From positions 3,216-67,215 of IMG/VR virus record IMGVR_UViG_3300049049_000146: a stretch of 64,000 nt of DNA; one strand, 5' to 3'. Shown piece after piece: positions 52,303 to 60,064 of the stretch (positions are counted from its first letter, which is position 1; the number at the start of each line of letters is the position of its first letter). This stretch comes from a virus (Duplodnaviria; Heunggongvirae; Uroviricota; Caudoviricetes). Below the pieces are notes generated by a model. That model was not told where the DNA came from and searched no databases. It saw only the letters and a program-made list of their open reading frames with translations. The position numbers and the translations under genes were made by a program.

Positions 52303-52347
52303 GCCTATGGACGCACGCACGTAGGCGTTAAAAGGCTTTGGGCGCCC

Positions 52348-52542
52348 TTATCGGTCGCTGTAGTGCTTCTTGAACTCTCGCAGCTTTGCAGCTACCTCCG
52401 CACGCTTGCGGAGCTTTTCATCTTCTTCAACCTGGCGCAGCTTGATCATTCGAGCTTCGCGGCGCTCATGCCAAATGTACAGGAGCACAACGAAAGCAAT
52501 GCAAAGGATCGCTAGGCCAAGAATCCAAGTGGCGGTGTTCAT
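52348..52542 (-). CDS. membrane-anchored coiled-coil protein
   Basis: TM helix; ATGA overlap. Confidence 0.75.
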   Translation of the reverse strand: MNTATWILGLAILCIAFVVLLYIWHERREARMIKLRQVEEDEKLRKRAEVAAKLREFKKHYSDR

Positions 52543-52760
52543 ACAGTCCTCGGCTTGAGCGGAAACTCGATCTCGTACTTCCGCCCGTCAGGACACAGCA
52601 CTTCGATGGCTGTGATTCTTTCGCCAGTTGTATTCCATCCACCAAAATCAAGCACGAACAATTCGTACCATCTACAGGCGCGCTCGGCGGCCTCCTCAAT
52701 GGTTGCGGCGTTGTAACGGATTGCACTGCCCATTGAGAAGTAGCACGACGCTCGGTACAT
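52539..52760 (-). CDS. hypothetical protein
   Basis: ORF on dominant strand. Confidence 0.6.
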   Translation of the reverse strand: MYRASCYFSMGSAIRYNAATIEEAAERACRWYELFVLDFGGWNTTGERITAIEVLCPDGRKYEIEFPLKPRTV

Positions 52761-52831
52761 CTTTTTACCCCGCCTGTATTCCTTTACATAACAGGAATTA
52801 GCGGGTTATCTCCGACCAGGAGACCCGAGCG

Positions 52832-53995
52832 ATGCAGCTAACTGTACGAAACGTATCTCGATCTAAGATCGCTATCGGCGGCGTTGTGGGCACACTCGCT
52901 GTTGGTGAGCGTGAGACCTACTCGCTCTCGAATGCTGAGATGGACGCAATCCGTTCACGTCTCATCGAGCTTCAGAACGACCGGCTGATTGAATGGTCCG
53001 TCGCCTCGGACGCATCATCCGTTACGCCACAGGTGTTTGTGTACGACCCCTCAGCGGCCAGCCCGGATGGGGTATTCATCTTCGCGTCCTGGGCATCCTT
53101 GATGGGTGCCGTGGCTCCCCTCGCCGCAGCCAGCACGCCGTTCAAGATCATCTTCAAGAACGAATTCAACCACCCGATCCCCGCAGGTAACTACGATTTC
53201 GGCGGTAACTGCGTCTGGGAAGGAAATCGAAATTCTCTGGTCCTGACCGGCTCAGAGATTCGAGGCGTCTGCCAGATGGACCGCATCCAGGTTCATGGGG
53301 GCGCTGGTGAACTCCGTGTTACGGTTCCCAATCTTGTGTTGAACGCATGCAGTTTCGGCCTCGACGGAGAGACACTTCGAGTCGAAACGAACACAGCAAT
53401 CTGGGCACACGATTCGTATTTCTACGGACAGCTTGCTCCGACGATCACCGACCCAGATGGCGAGGGAGTAACTCTTCACTGCTTCGGCCAGACATTAGTC
53501 GAGAACGACGCAACTGCTGTTCCTGGCCTAACCTGCATCATCTACTCGCCCTACGTTTTCTTCGGGTCGGTACAAGATGGGTCGATGGGATTCTCCATCA
53601 ACGGCACTACTGGTCGCAAGCTAGTTTCCTTCGGAGCACTGAATCTCCCGACGGCACAGGGTAACTACTTCCTGCGTCCAAACGGAGGCGAGCTAATTGC
53701 TGATACGACCGGTGCCTCTTGGTACGTTACAACGGCTGACACCTTCATTGTCCGTATCAACATAGCGCACCAGACGGCGGGCACTGGCTCTAACTACACT
53801 GTCGATATTCTGATCAACGGAACGCCTCTCGGCGCCGGGCTAAACGGCAGCACAGCGGTGAACAACTTTGTTTCAGAGTCGGCAGCTATCCAGGTCCCGC
53901 TCGTAGATGGAGACCGTGTCCAGGTTCGAATCACCGTACCTTCTGGCTGGACGCTTTCGCCTCGTGGTATCTACGTCGACCTCTACGGTATTTGA
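52832..53995 (+). CDS. putative fibre/decoration protein A (387 aa, beta-rich)
   Basis: SD CAGGAG; G/T/V-rich; N-terminus homologous to 55169-56833. Confidence 0.65.
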   Translation: MQLTVRNVSRSKIAIGGVVGTLAVGERETYSLSNAEMDAIRSRLIELQNDRLIEWSVASDASSVTPQVFVYDPSAASPDGVFIFASWASLMGAVAPLAAASTPFKIIFKNEFNHPIPAGNYDFGGNCVWEGNRNSLVLTGSEIRGVCQMDRIQVHGGAGELRVTVPNLVLNACSFGLDGETLRVETNTAIWAHDSYFYGQLAPTITDPDGEGVTLHCFGQTLVENDATAVPGLTCIIYSPYVFFGSVQDGSMGFSINGTTGRKLVSFGALNLPTAQGNYFLRPNGGELIADTTGASWYVTTADTFIVRINIAHQTAGTGSNYTVDILINGTPLGAGLNGSTAVNNFVSESAAIQVPLVDGDRVQVRITVPSGWTLSPRGIYVDLYGI

Positions 53996-54012
53996 CGCAT
54001 AGCGCACGCGCG

Positions 54013-54051
54013 AAACGAAAAAGGGGCGGAGGGAAATTTTCCCTCCGCCCC
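54013..54051. terminator. hairpin between convergent genes
   Basis: GGGGCGGAGGGAAA-T-TTTCCCTCCGCCCC, T-tracts on both sides. Confidence 0.9.
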
Positions 54052-54074
54052 GATTTCATTCTCTGACCTAACGA

Positions 54075-54863
54075 TCAGAGATTCGAGAGCACGTCGTCGA
54101 TGTCCGCGTCGTCGATGTCGTCGCTCGCAGCGGTCTCGCTCTCGTCCGCGCCGCCCTCGTCCGAAGCCGCCGACGCCTCGGTCTCGGTCTCCTCGGCCGA
54201 CGACGCCTCGACCTCGTCGTCACCCGCGCCGTCGTCGTCCAGGCTCAGGTCGAACTCGTCGGTCGTGTTCGGCTCGGGCATCCGGGTCGTCGGCTCCGCA
54301 CCACGCTTCGGTGCCGCGGCCGTCTTCGCCGCCTTCGCGGTCGGGGCCGGCGCATCCGCCGCCTTACGACCACGGCGCAGCATCGGCGTGCCGTCCTTCT
54401 TCACCCCGTACGGGGCGAGGGGGTGCCCCTCGGCGTCACGACCGTAGGGCGCCTCCTCCGAGACCGAATTGCGCACCTGAAGCGCCTCGATCTGATCCTC
54501 GCGGATCTTGCGCGCCTTCAGCTTGCGCCCCGTGCTCGCCGGGGCCGCCGTCGCGGCCTTCGTCGCGGTGCGGGGAGCCGCGGCCGGAGCCGCCGCCGTC
54601 TTGACCGGAGCGGTCTTGGCCGGCGCCGCCGTCTCACCACCCACGGCGATCTCGAAGGTCACGCCGAAGCTGTTCTTCAACTCCGCCCGGACCTCACGCA
54701 TCGCCACCACGAGCGGGTCGTTCGTGAGACGACCCTCCAGTCCGACGAGGTTGTGGAGCTTCGCGAAGCGGGCCTCAAGCTCGGTCGAGTACCCCGTCTC
54801 CCACATGGGGTTCAGGGGGCGGGGCTGGTTGCGGGTCGTCTGGGTCTTCTGTCCACGCGGCAT
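54075..54863 (-). CDS. histone H1/HMGA-like putative DNA-binding protein
   Basis: A/K/P/T-rich segments, APYG..DG..RRGRK motif, very acidic tail; own promoter. Confidence 0.7.
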   Translation of the reverse strand: MPRGQKTQTTRNQPRPLNPMWETGYSTELEARFAKLHNLVGLEGRLTNDPLVVAMREVRAELKNSFGVTFEIAVGGETAAPAKTAPVKTAAAPAAAPRTATKAATAAPASTGRKLKARKIREDQIEALQVRNSVSEEAPYGRDAEGHPLAPYGVKKDGTPMLRRGRKAADAPAPTAKAAKTAAAPKRGAEPTTRMPEPNTTDEFDLSLDDDGAGDDEVEASSAEETETEASAASDEGGADESETAASDDIDDADIDDVLSNL

Positions 54864-54942
54864 ACATTCCTAACCTTTCTAGCTAGTTAGCTGAGCACCT
54901 GGCGAGCAAGCTGGCCGTCGCCACGTCGGCCTGTCCTCTGTT

Positions 54943-54959
54943 TAGTATCGGCGGACTTT
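54943..54959 (-). promoter_or_regulatory. phage promoter-like motif copy 25
   Basis: AAAGTCC-GCC-GATACTA. Confidence 0.85.
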
Positions 54960-55168
54960 GCCAAAGCTTTCGGCTATGTTTCCGCCGTACGAGCAGTTAC
55001 GAGCGCCATCGACGGGCAAACATATGCCGCACGTATCCGAAACGCGCAAGTGGGTTTGCGATCTTTTTCGTAAAACCCCGACTTTGCTTGGGGAAACTCT
55101 GCGTTTGGTAAGGACCGGAGGTCCTGACGCGCAGTAGAAACAGAGTGCGTCCGTGTTATCTGGCCCGC

Positions 55169-56833
55169 ATGAAGCTGACCATCACCAACACATCGAAGTC
55201 GACCGTCTCCATTGGTGGACGTATCGGCGCCGTCCCTGGCGCCACTGTTGTTACTGTGGAAGTAACGGCAGCCGAACTCGAAGCTCTCCGAGCTACGCTT
55301 ACCTCGCTTGCTGCTGCATCAGCGATCAGCTGGAGCACAGCCCCATCCGTCGGAGCGGATGACGACGACGCCGAGATCGCTACTGTCGGCTACGTCAATT
55401 CACGCGCCGGGTTCTCTGCGGAGTCTGTCTCTGTGTACGTTGCGCAGAACGGCAGCGACACGGAAGGAGCAGGAACCCTTGACTCACCTTACGCCACGGT
55501 AGCCAGGGCGCTCCGCGACCGTAACGGGTTCGCAGCAAGTGGTCTTGCCTTCCGCGTGCAGGTCGTTGCTCCCTACACCGGACCGGGCTTCTCATACGAG
55601 AACACCGCGCCAGCAATCGAGGCCACAGACAATCTCACGACTGTCCAGCCCGTGAGCGTAGCCGTCGAGGCGTACTACAACGCAGCATCGGCAGGCGTGA
55701 ACGACCCCCGTTTCGTTATCGAAGTTGGTCCGATCACTGCCAGTGCGGCGAGCGTCGTGAACACGGCATTCGTCGCGTACACCGTTCCAACGGGATCGTT
55801 CACGGCCTCGCACATCGGCAAGGTCATGCGTGTATTCCGCTCCGGAACCGAAGTTGGCCGCGCCACGATCGCACACATTGTCACGGGCGGCAGCGACATC
55901 GTGTACCTTGCGCAGTCCAGAATTACTGGACCTGTCGCAGCATGGGCCCCAGCAGCGGGCGATGCTCTCTACGCGTGCGAGCACGCTGTAGTATTCAATA
56001 GCCCCGTCCGCATCGGCACAGGCTACCGTTCGCAGTTCGTTCTCGCGTGCTGCAAGGTCGAAGTTCTCGGCTCCGCGTACGGTGAAGAATACGCCCTCTC
56101 AATTATGGGCGGCACCGCGGTGCTAGCGAACGTGCGTGCGGTAAACACCAGCGTGAACCGCGACGAGGGGTTGTTCATCAACCGCGGCGCAATTGCTGTT
56201 CTTCAATACGCGCCGTCGACGGTTGTGCCGTGGATGGACGCCACCGAGCGTACATTCACGTTCATGTCAGGCGGATTCGTGACCGCAGGGTCCCCTGCCA
56301 CGGATTACGCCACGGTTGTTCGTGGACAGTGCCTACTTCGTGGCTGGGTCTTTGATAAGAAGACCGGCGTGCTCGAAGGTTCGTTCACGACTGCGGGTGC
56401 ATGGTTCCGCGGGCAGCTTACGATTGGCGTGGGCTCTCGCTTGGCACCTGAGTCGCCTGTTGTATTCGGCGGAAATCGTGTAACGCCATACACGCAGAGC
56501 CCGATGTGGTTCGAGGGTGCTGACATTGGTAACGAACACGGCCACGCCATCGTGTTCATGATCGACACGGCGGGGTACGCTGCGGCTCTTCCGATGTGCA
56601 ACGTGAAGAAGACGAGATTCACGTCTCGTCTGACCCTCAACGGCCTCAGCGGAGCCACCACGATTACTGCACCTGTATTCAAGGTGGATGATTTCTCGTG
56701 CGTCGTGACGTCTGCCGGCAACATCACGAACAGCACCGCGGGTCAGGACGTACAGGCGGGCGCGAACTTCGCGGCGTTCGCTGGACTTCCACTCGTAGAT
56801 GCAGCGACGCTTACTCGCATCGCCACGTCGTGA
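55169..56833 (+). CDS. putative fibre/decoration protein B with pectin-lyase-like beta-helix (554 aa)
   Basis: YVAQNGSD..GAGTLDSPYATVARAL motif; N-terminus shared with protein A; no SD. Confidence 0.65.
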   Translation: MKLTITNTSKSTVSIGGRIGAVPGATVVTVEVTAAELEALRATLTSLAAASAISWSTAPSVGADDDDAEIATVGYVNSRAGFSAESVSVYVAQNGSDTEGAGTLDSPYATVARALRDRNGFAASGLAFRVQVVAPYTGPGFSYENTAPAIEATDNLTTVQPVSVAVEAYYNAASAGVNDPRFVIEVGPITASAASVVNTAFVAYTVPTGSFTASHIGKVMRVFRSGTEVGRATIAHIVTGGSDIVYLAQSRITGPVAAWAPAAGDALYACEHAVVFNSPVRIGTGYRSQFVLACCKVEVLGSAYGEEYALSIMGGTAVLANVRAVNTSVNRDEGLFINRGAIAVLQYAPSTVVPWMDATERTFTFMSGGFVTAGSPATDYATVVRGQCLLRGWVFDKKTGVLEGSFTTAGAWFRGQLTIGVGSRLAPESPVVFGGNRVTPYTQSPMWFEGADIGNEHGHAIVFMIDTAGYAAALPMCNVKKTRFTSRLTLNGLSGATTITAPVFKVDDFSCVVTSAGNITNSTAGQDVQAGANFAAFAGLPLVDAATLTRIATS

Positions 56834-57205
56834 TCAGCGCACGCGTCTCGCTCCGTTCTTGAGCGCCTCGGCGAGCTTGCTCTCCTTCACCCAGTAAATT
56901 CGGCAGCCGTCCTCGACGGCTACCTCTTGCTCATACTCACCTCTCGAAATCTGACGGCAGACTTCACTAGCATGCGCTAGTGCCTTATCGAGGTTCTCTT
57001 TGTTGACGCGATTGGCTTCTGCGTCAGTCAGCAAACGCTGCGCGAACTCCTCAGCTATCTCAGCGAGATGGGTGTTCGTGAATTCATAGGGAGGCGGGTG
57101 CTCTTCCGCATCCCGGATGAGTTGCGCCACGTCTTCGATAGGGACGTAGTCACGCATCAGCGTGTACAGGAATCCCTGCAAGAATTCCTTGTGGCGCGGC
57201 TTCAT
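56834..57205 (-). CDS. hypothetical protein
   Basis: ATGA overlap. Confidence 0.7.
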   Translation of the reverse strand: MKPRHKEFLQGFLYTLMRDYVPIEDVAQLIRDAEEHPPPYEFTNTHLAEIAEEFAQRLLTDAEANRVNKENLDKALAHASEVCRQISRGEYEQEVAVEDGCRIYWVKESKLAEALKNGARRVR

Positions 57206-57924
57206 CGTACCTCAGGAACCTTCATGTGGATCGTCGTGATGCGCGACTTCACGAACCGTGAATTGTTGAGCTTGGACACAGGGTGTCCGAAGTGGCTCTT
57301 GAATACGGCCTGAAGCTTCCGACGAAGCTTACGGAAACTCGTGCTGCTCTGGAACTTGCTGCGCCCGCACATCTTCGTCGGCAACCCCGTCGTGATGTAC
57401 GCGTTGCATTCGTCCAGCAACACCTTCTTGTGGTATCCCATCTCAATCAAGCACTTCGAGAGGCGCTCGATTGGCTTTGGGAATTCCTTGCAGACGGCCT
57501 CTACGTCCTTCGCGTAATCTGGGTGCAAATAGAAATAGGCGTGAACCATCTCGTGGCCCAACGCCCATCCACCGTCACCCCTGAATGTGCCGATGACGTA
57601 GAGATTATCGCCATGCTTAGCCCTGTACGGTTCAAGAGCCACACGGACCTTCTCTTCCTTGTTGAGAAGGTCGAGATAGTCCGTAGAAAGATCGACAGGC
57701 GCCTCTAAGACGTAGCCTGGGAAGTTGAAGCCTTCCCAATCATCGAAGTACGTGAACTCCCAGCCCTTCATCTTGGCGTAGGAATCCATGTACTCCTCAA
57801 GACTCGGCCACTTTCCCCGGAACTTAGGGTCCTCATAGTACGCAGCAAACCGCATCAACGAAGAGCACAAGAGATAGCGGTTTGGGTACACGAGGTGGAA
57901 GATTGGCAGCTTCTCCGACTTCAT
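57202..57924 (-). CDS. HExxH protein of a large-virus family (MRF..YYE.P.FRG..W.GFN.P)
   Basis: LGHEMVHAYFY..DE.NAY motif. Confidence 0.7.
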   Translation of the reverse strand: MKSEKLPIFHLVYPNRYLLCSSLMRFAAYYEDPKFRGKWPSLEEYMDSYAKMKGWEFTYFDDWEGFNFPGYVLEAPVDLSTDYLDLLNKEEKVRVALEPYRAKHGDNLYVIGTFRGDGGWALGHEMVHAYFYLHPDYAKDVEAVCKEFPKPIERLSKCLIEMGYHKKVLLDECNAYITTGLPTKMCGRSKFQSSTSFRKLRRKLQAVFKSHFGHPVSKLNNSRFVKSRITTIHMKVPEVR

Positions 57925-58136
57925 CGACTGTACCTCGTGTACTTGATTCGGTGATCGATGGTGTGCAGCTGCTCGTTATTGATCACGCCCTTCTGCTTGC
58001 ATTCACTCAGACCAAGCGAGATCTGGTGCATCCAGTATCTCTTCCCAAGGCGACCGAAGAATTCGTTCCTCATCACCTTGTCCAGGACGTGACTGATCTT
58101 CACACGAATGAAATAGAGATCGTCTTCGAGATTCAC
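57921..58136 (-). CDS. hypothetical protein
   Basis: GTGA overlap. Confidence 0.6.
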   Translation of the reverse strand: MNLEDDLYFIRVKISHVLDKVMRNEFFGRLGKRYWMHQISLGLSECKQKGVINNEQLHTIDHRIKYTRYSR

Positions 58137-58363
58137 TTCTTCTCTCCAGGAATGGGTACCTCGACCAGGTCTTCGTATAGCGAAGTCACGGCGTGCTCTG
58201 CACCGAGATAGTATTCACCTTCGCCGTTCGCGAAGACACGGGTTCTGACATGCTCCTGCGCCTTCGCAATCATAGCCTGACGCATCGCCCTGGCGCCAGC
58301 TGCGAACATGGCGTTTTCTTCTGCCCGAGGAGTCTCAGTGAGAATCCTCTTCCAGAATTCCAT
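58133..58363 (-). CDS. hypothetical protein
   Basis: start uncertain. Confidence 0.55.
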   Translation of the reverse strand: MEFWKRILTETPRAEENAMFAAGARAMRQAMIAKAQEHVRTRVFANGEGEYYLGAEHAVTSLYEDLVEVPIPGEKK

Positions 58364-58589
58364 CTTCGTCCGAACCTTCGAACTCATCCTCGAAATCATC
58401 TTCATCCTCGAACATACGGTTGTGGTAGCAGTCGGTGCATTCGCTTCCGCCTTCCTGGCAGATCTCGCAAATGTCCACACCGCAATTAGAGCAGTTAAAC
58501 GTGACGAGGCGGTAATCCGAATCACCGCAGCCATCGCAGGTGATCGGATCCGCCTCGTCTTCGTAGTCGTCTTCGTACTCGTCGGACAT
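58335..58589 (-). CDS. acidic Cys-rich zinc-binding protein
   Basis: four CxxC pairs between D/E-rich tails. Confidence 0.7.
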   Translation of the reverse strand: MSDEYEDDYEDEADPITCDGCGDSDYRLVTFNCSNCGVDICEICQEGGSECTDCYHNRMFEDEDDFEDEFEGSDEDGILEEDSH

Positions 58590-58605
58590 GCCGACGTTTT
58601 ACAGA

Positions 58606-59070
58606 TTACGTAGTAGGAAGGTCGTAAATGACCACGTCGAGATCAGTCATGTGGTGCTCGATCAGCTTCTCGATGTGCTCCCACTTACCTCCCGCGAGAC
58701 CCGCCCCGAATCGCGGCGCATGAACGGACGCGCCCCAGGCCCTTGCCTCGTTCGCCACGTCCTTCAAGCACTGACCAAGAGCATCGTAACGAATAGGCGG
58801 CCCATCGTTCCAGTGAAGAACCTGGGCCACCATATTAGCTACGTACGTGGTCTCATCGATCTGCACGAAATGCACGTCGCCGAGCTTCATCGTTCCGGTG
58901 CGGTACCGACGACGGTAAGTAGCCTCAGGCTCCTTCCACTTCTTCGATAGCGCAAGAACGAATCCGCGTCCCCAACCGCCCTCACAATTGCACACGTGAG
59001 GAATGATGACCTTCTCGCCAGCCTTACGCTGCGGGGCCGTTGCATCTCCGACGACGTAACGAATCGGCAT
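58606..59070 (-). CDS. Poa1p/TARG1-like macrodomain (ADP-ribosyl glycohydrolase)
   Basis: GDAT..HVCN..GGWG.GF..ANM.AQ..PRFGAGLAGG.W. Confidence 0.9.
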   Translation of the reverse strand: MPIRYVVGDATAPQRKAGEKVIIPHVCNCEGGWGRGFVLALSKKWKEPEATYRRRYRTGTMKLGDVHFVQIDETTYVANMVAQVLHWNDGPPIRYDALGQCLKDVANEARAWGASVHAPRFGAGLAGGKWEHIEKLIEHHMTDLDVVIYDLPTT

Positions 59071-59071
59071 A

Positions 59072-59317
59072 CTAGCTCCTCAGAGTCGCATTCACATCAT
59101 GCTGAATAGCGGTCAGCTTCTTGCTGAGGCTCGCGACAACCTTGTTCAAGGTATTGTCCTGTGCCTCCACTAACGAGTAGCATCCACGAAGGCCGACGAT
59201 GTTGACACGCCCAAAGAACTTGGCGCGGGGCTCAAATCCCCAACTCTCCTTCGAGATGACGAAATCGAGCGTACCAAGCCTCCCCGCCCACGTTTCTCTG
59301 TCACCGAGGCGCTTCAA
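59072..59317 (-). CDS. hypothetical protein, start uncertain
   Basis: upstream ATGs of this frame overlap the Cys domain of the preceding gene. Confidence 0.4.
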   Translation of the reverse strand: MKRLGDRETWAGRLGTLDFVISKESWGFEPRAKFFGRVNIVGLRGCYSLVEAQDNTLNKVVASLSKKLTAIQHDVNATLRS

Positions 59318-59324
59318 GGTTGCG

Positions 59325-59855
59325 TTACCGACCTTGATCGTCTCGCTCTTGCTCGTCACAGAGTTCGCACGGGAACGATTGACGCTGCTTGCCTTCTTCG
59401 ACTTTGCACGATTTGCCATACTTGCACCCATGATGAACACAACAGTGTTCGGTATGAACGTCCGTTTCACTCAATTCGAACTCGAACGGGGACGTAACCG
59501 CACGAGCCGAAAGCTTACCGAGGACATCGAGTTGGTCGGACCAATTCACGCCCAGCTTCCTCGACAGCTGTTCGATATCCGGCCTTCGGTGGGGAGGGAT
59601 TCTGACCGCGAAGAACGTGAACAGTCGGGTGGACATGTACGTCTTCCGCAGGTCGGGGAACTCAGGTAGCGGCTGAATCTGCTTGCGACGCTGGAACTCC
59701 CAGTCGTAACGAAACACGAACTGAGGTTCTGCGTCAGAATGCTCATCGTGAATTAGCTGGCCGCACCACATCCGGAGCTTCTCCCTCGTAAGGGTTCCGA
59801 TGTAGACCGGGTCATCTAGCCACGGAACAACCATCTTGACGTGTAGACGCTTCAT
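59325..59855 (-). CDS. HipA-N-terminal/HipS-like domain fused to a Cys/His cluster
   Basis: F.F.Y..PL.EFPD..K.Y.S..LF.FF..RIP..RPD; then HCC.HHGCKYG..C..PCE.C. Confidence 0.6.
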   Translation of the reverse strand: MKRLHVKMVVPWLDDPVYIGTLTREKLRMWCGQLIHDEHSDAEPQFVFRYDWEFQRRKQIQPLPEFPDLRKTYMSTRLFTFFAVRIPPHRRPDIEQLSRKLGVNWSDQLDVLGKLSARAVTSPFEFELSETDVHTEHCCVHHGCKYGKSCKVEEGKQRQSFPCELCDEQERDDQGR

Positions 59856-60064
59856 CGCAGCTTCTTACCCTCGATCATGCGACGGAAATCTCCGCCACGT
59901 GCCCACAGTCGCCATTGGGCACGACGAGATTGAGCAGCGCTCATGATCCATTCGCCGTAGATGTTCGGTCGCCTCGCCCTCTTATTGATGCGAATGCGGA
60001 GACGACGAGCCTTACGCCGGGTCAGCTTGATTACCTTCCCGGTGTGCGAAAGGAACTCAGGCAT
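59852..60064 (-). CDS. basic hypothetical protein
   Basis: TGATG/ATGA coupling. Confidence 0.6.
   Translation of the reverse strand: MPEFLSHTGKVIKLTRRKARRLRIRINKRARRPNIYGEWIMSAAQSRRAQWRLWARGGDFRRMIEGKKLR

Noticed and set aside
45488-55038. 11-bp repeat CGCACGTATCC (45488, 55028) and GCGCACGCG-like words near cassettes
   Set aside because: The 45488 copy lies in a probable 46-aa ORF (45474-45614), spacing to promoters is inconsistent, and such GC-rich words are expected by chance.
55096-55146. Hammerhead-like arrangement on the plus strand (ACTCTG..GACC-GGA-GGTC-CTGACGC..GAAAC-AGAGT)
   Set aside because: The core reads CUGACGC rather than CUGANGA, stem II cannot form, the cleavage triplet is GCG rather than NUH, and 10 nt separate stems III and I. 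At most it is a structured spacer.
59318-59470. Basic N-terminal extension MANRAKSKK.. of ORF 59072-59470 as a dual-coding overlap
   Set aside because: The overlapping frame encodes a recognisable Cys/His motif, so the extension is probably a shadow; the real start is uncertain.
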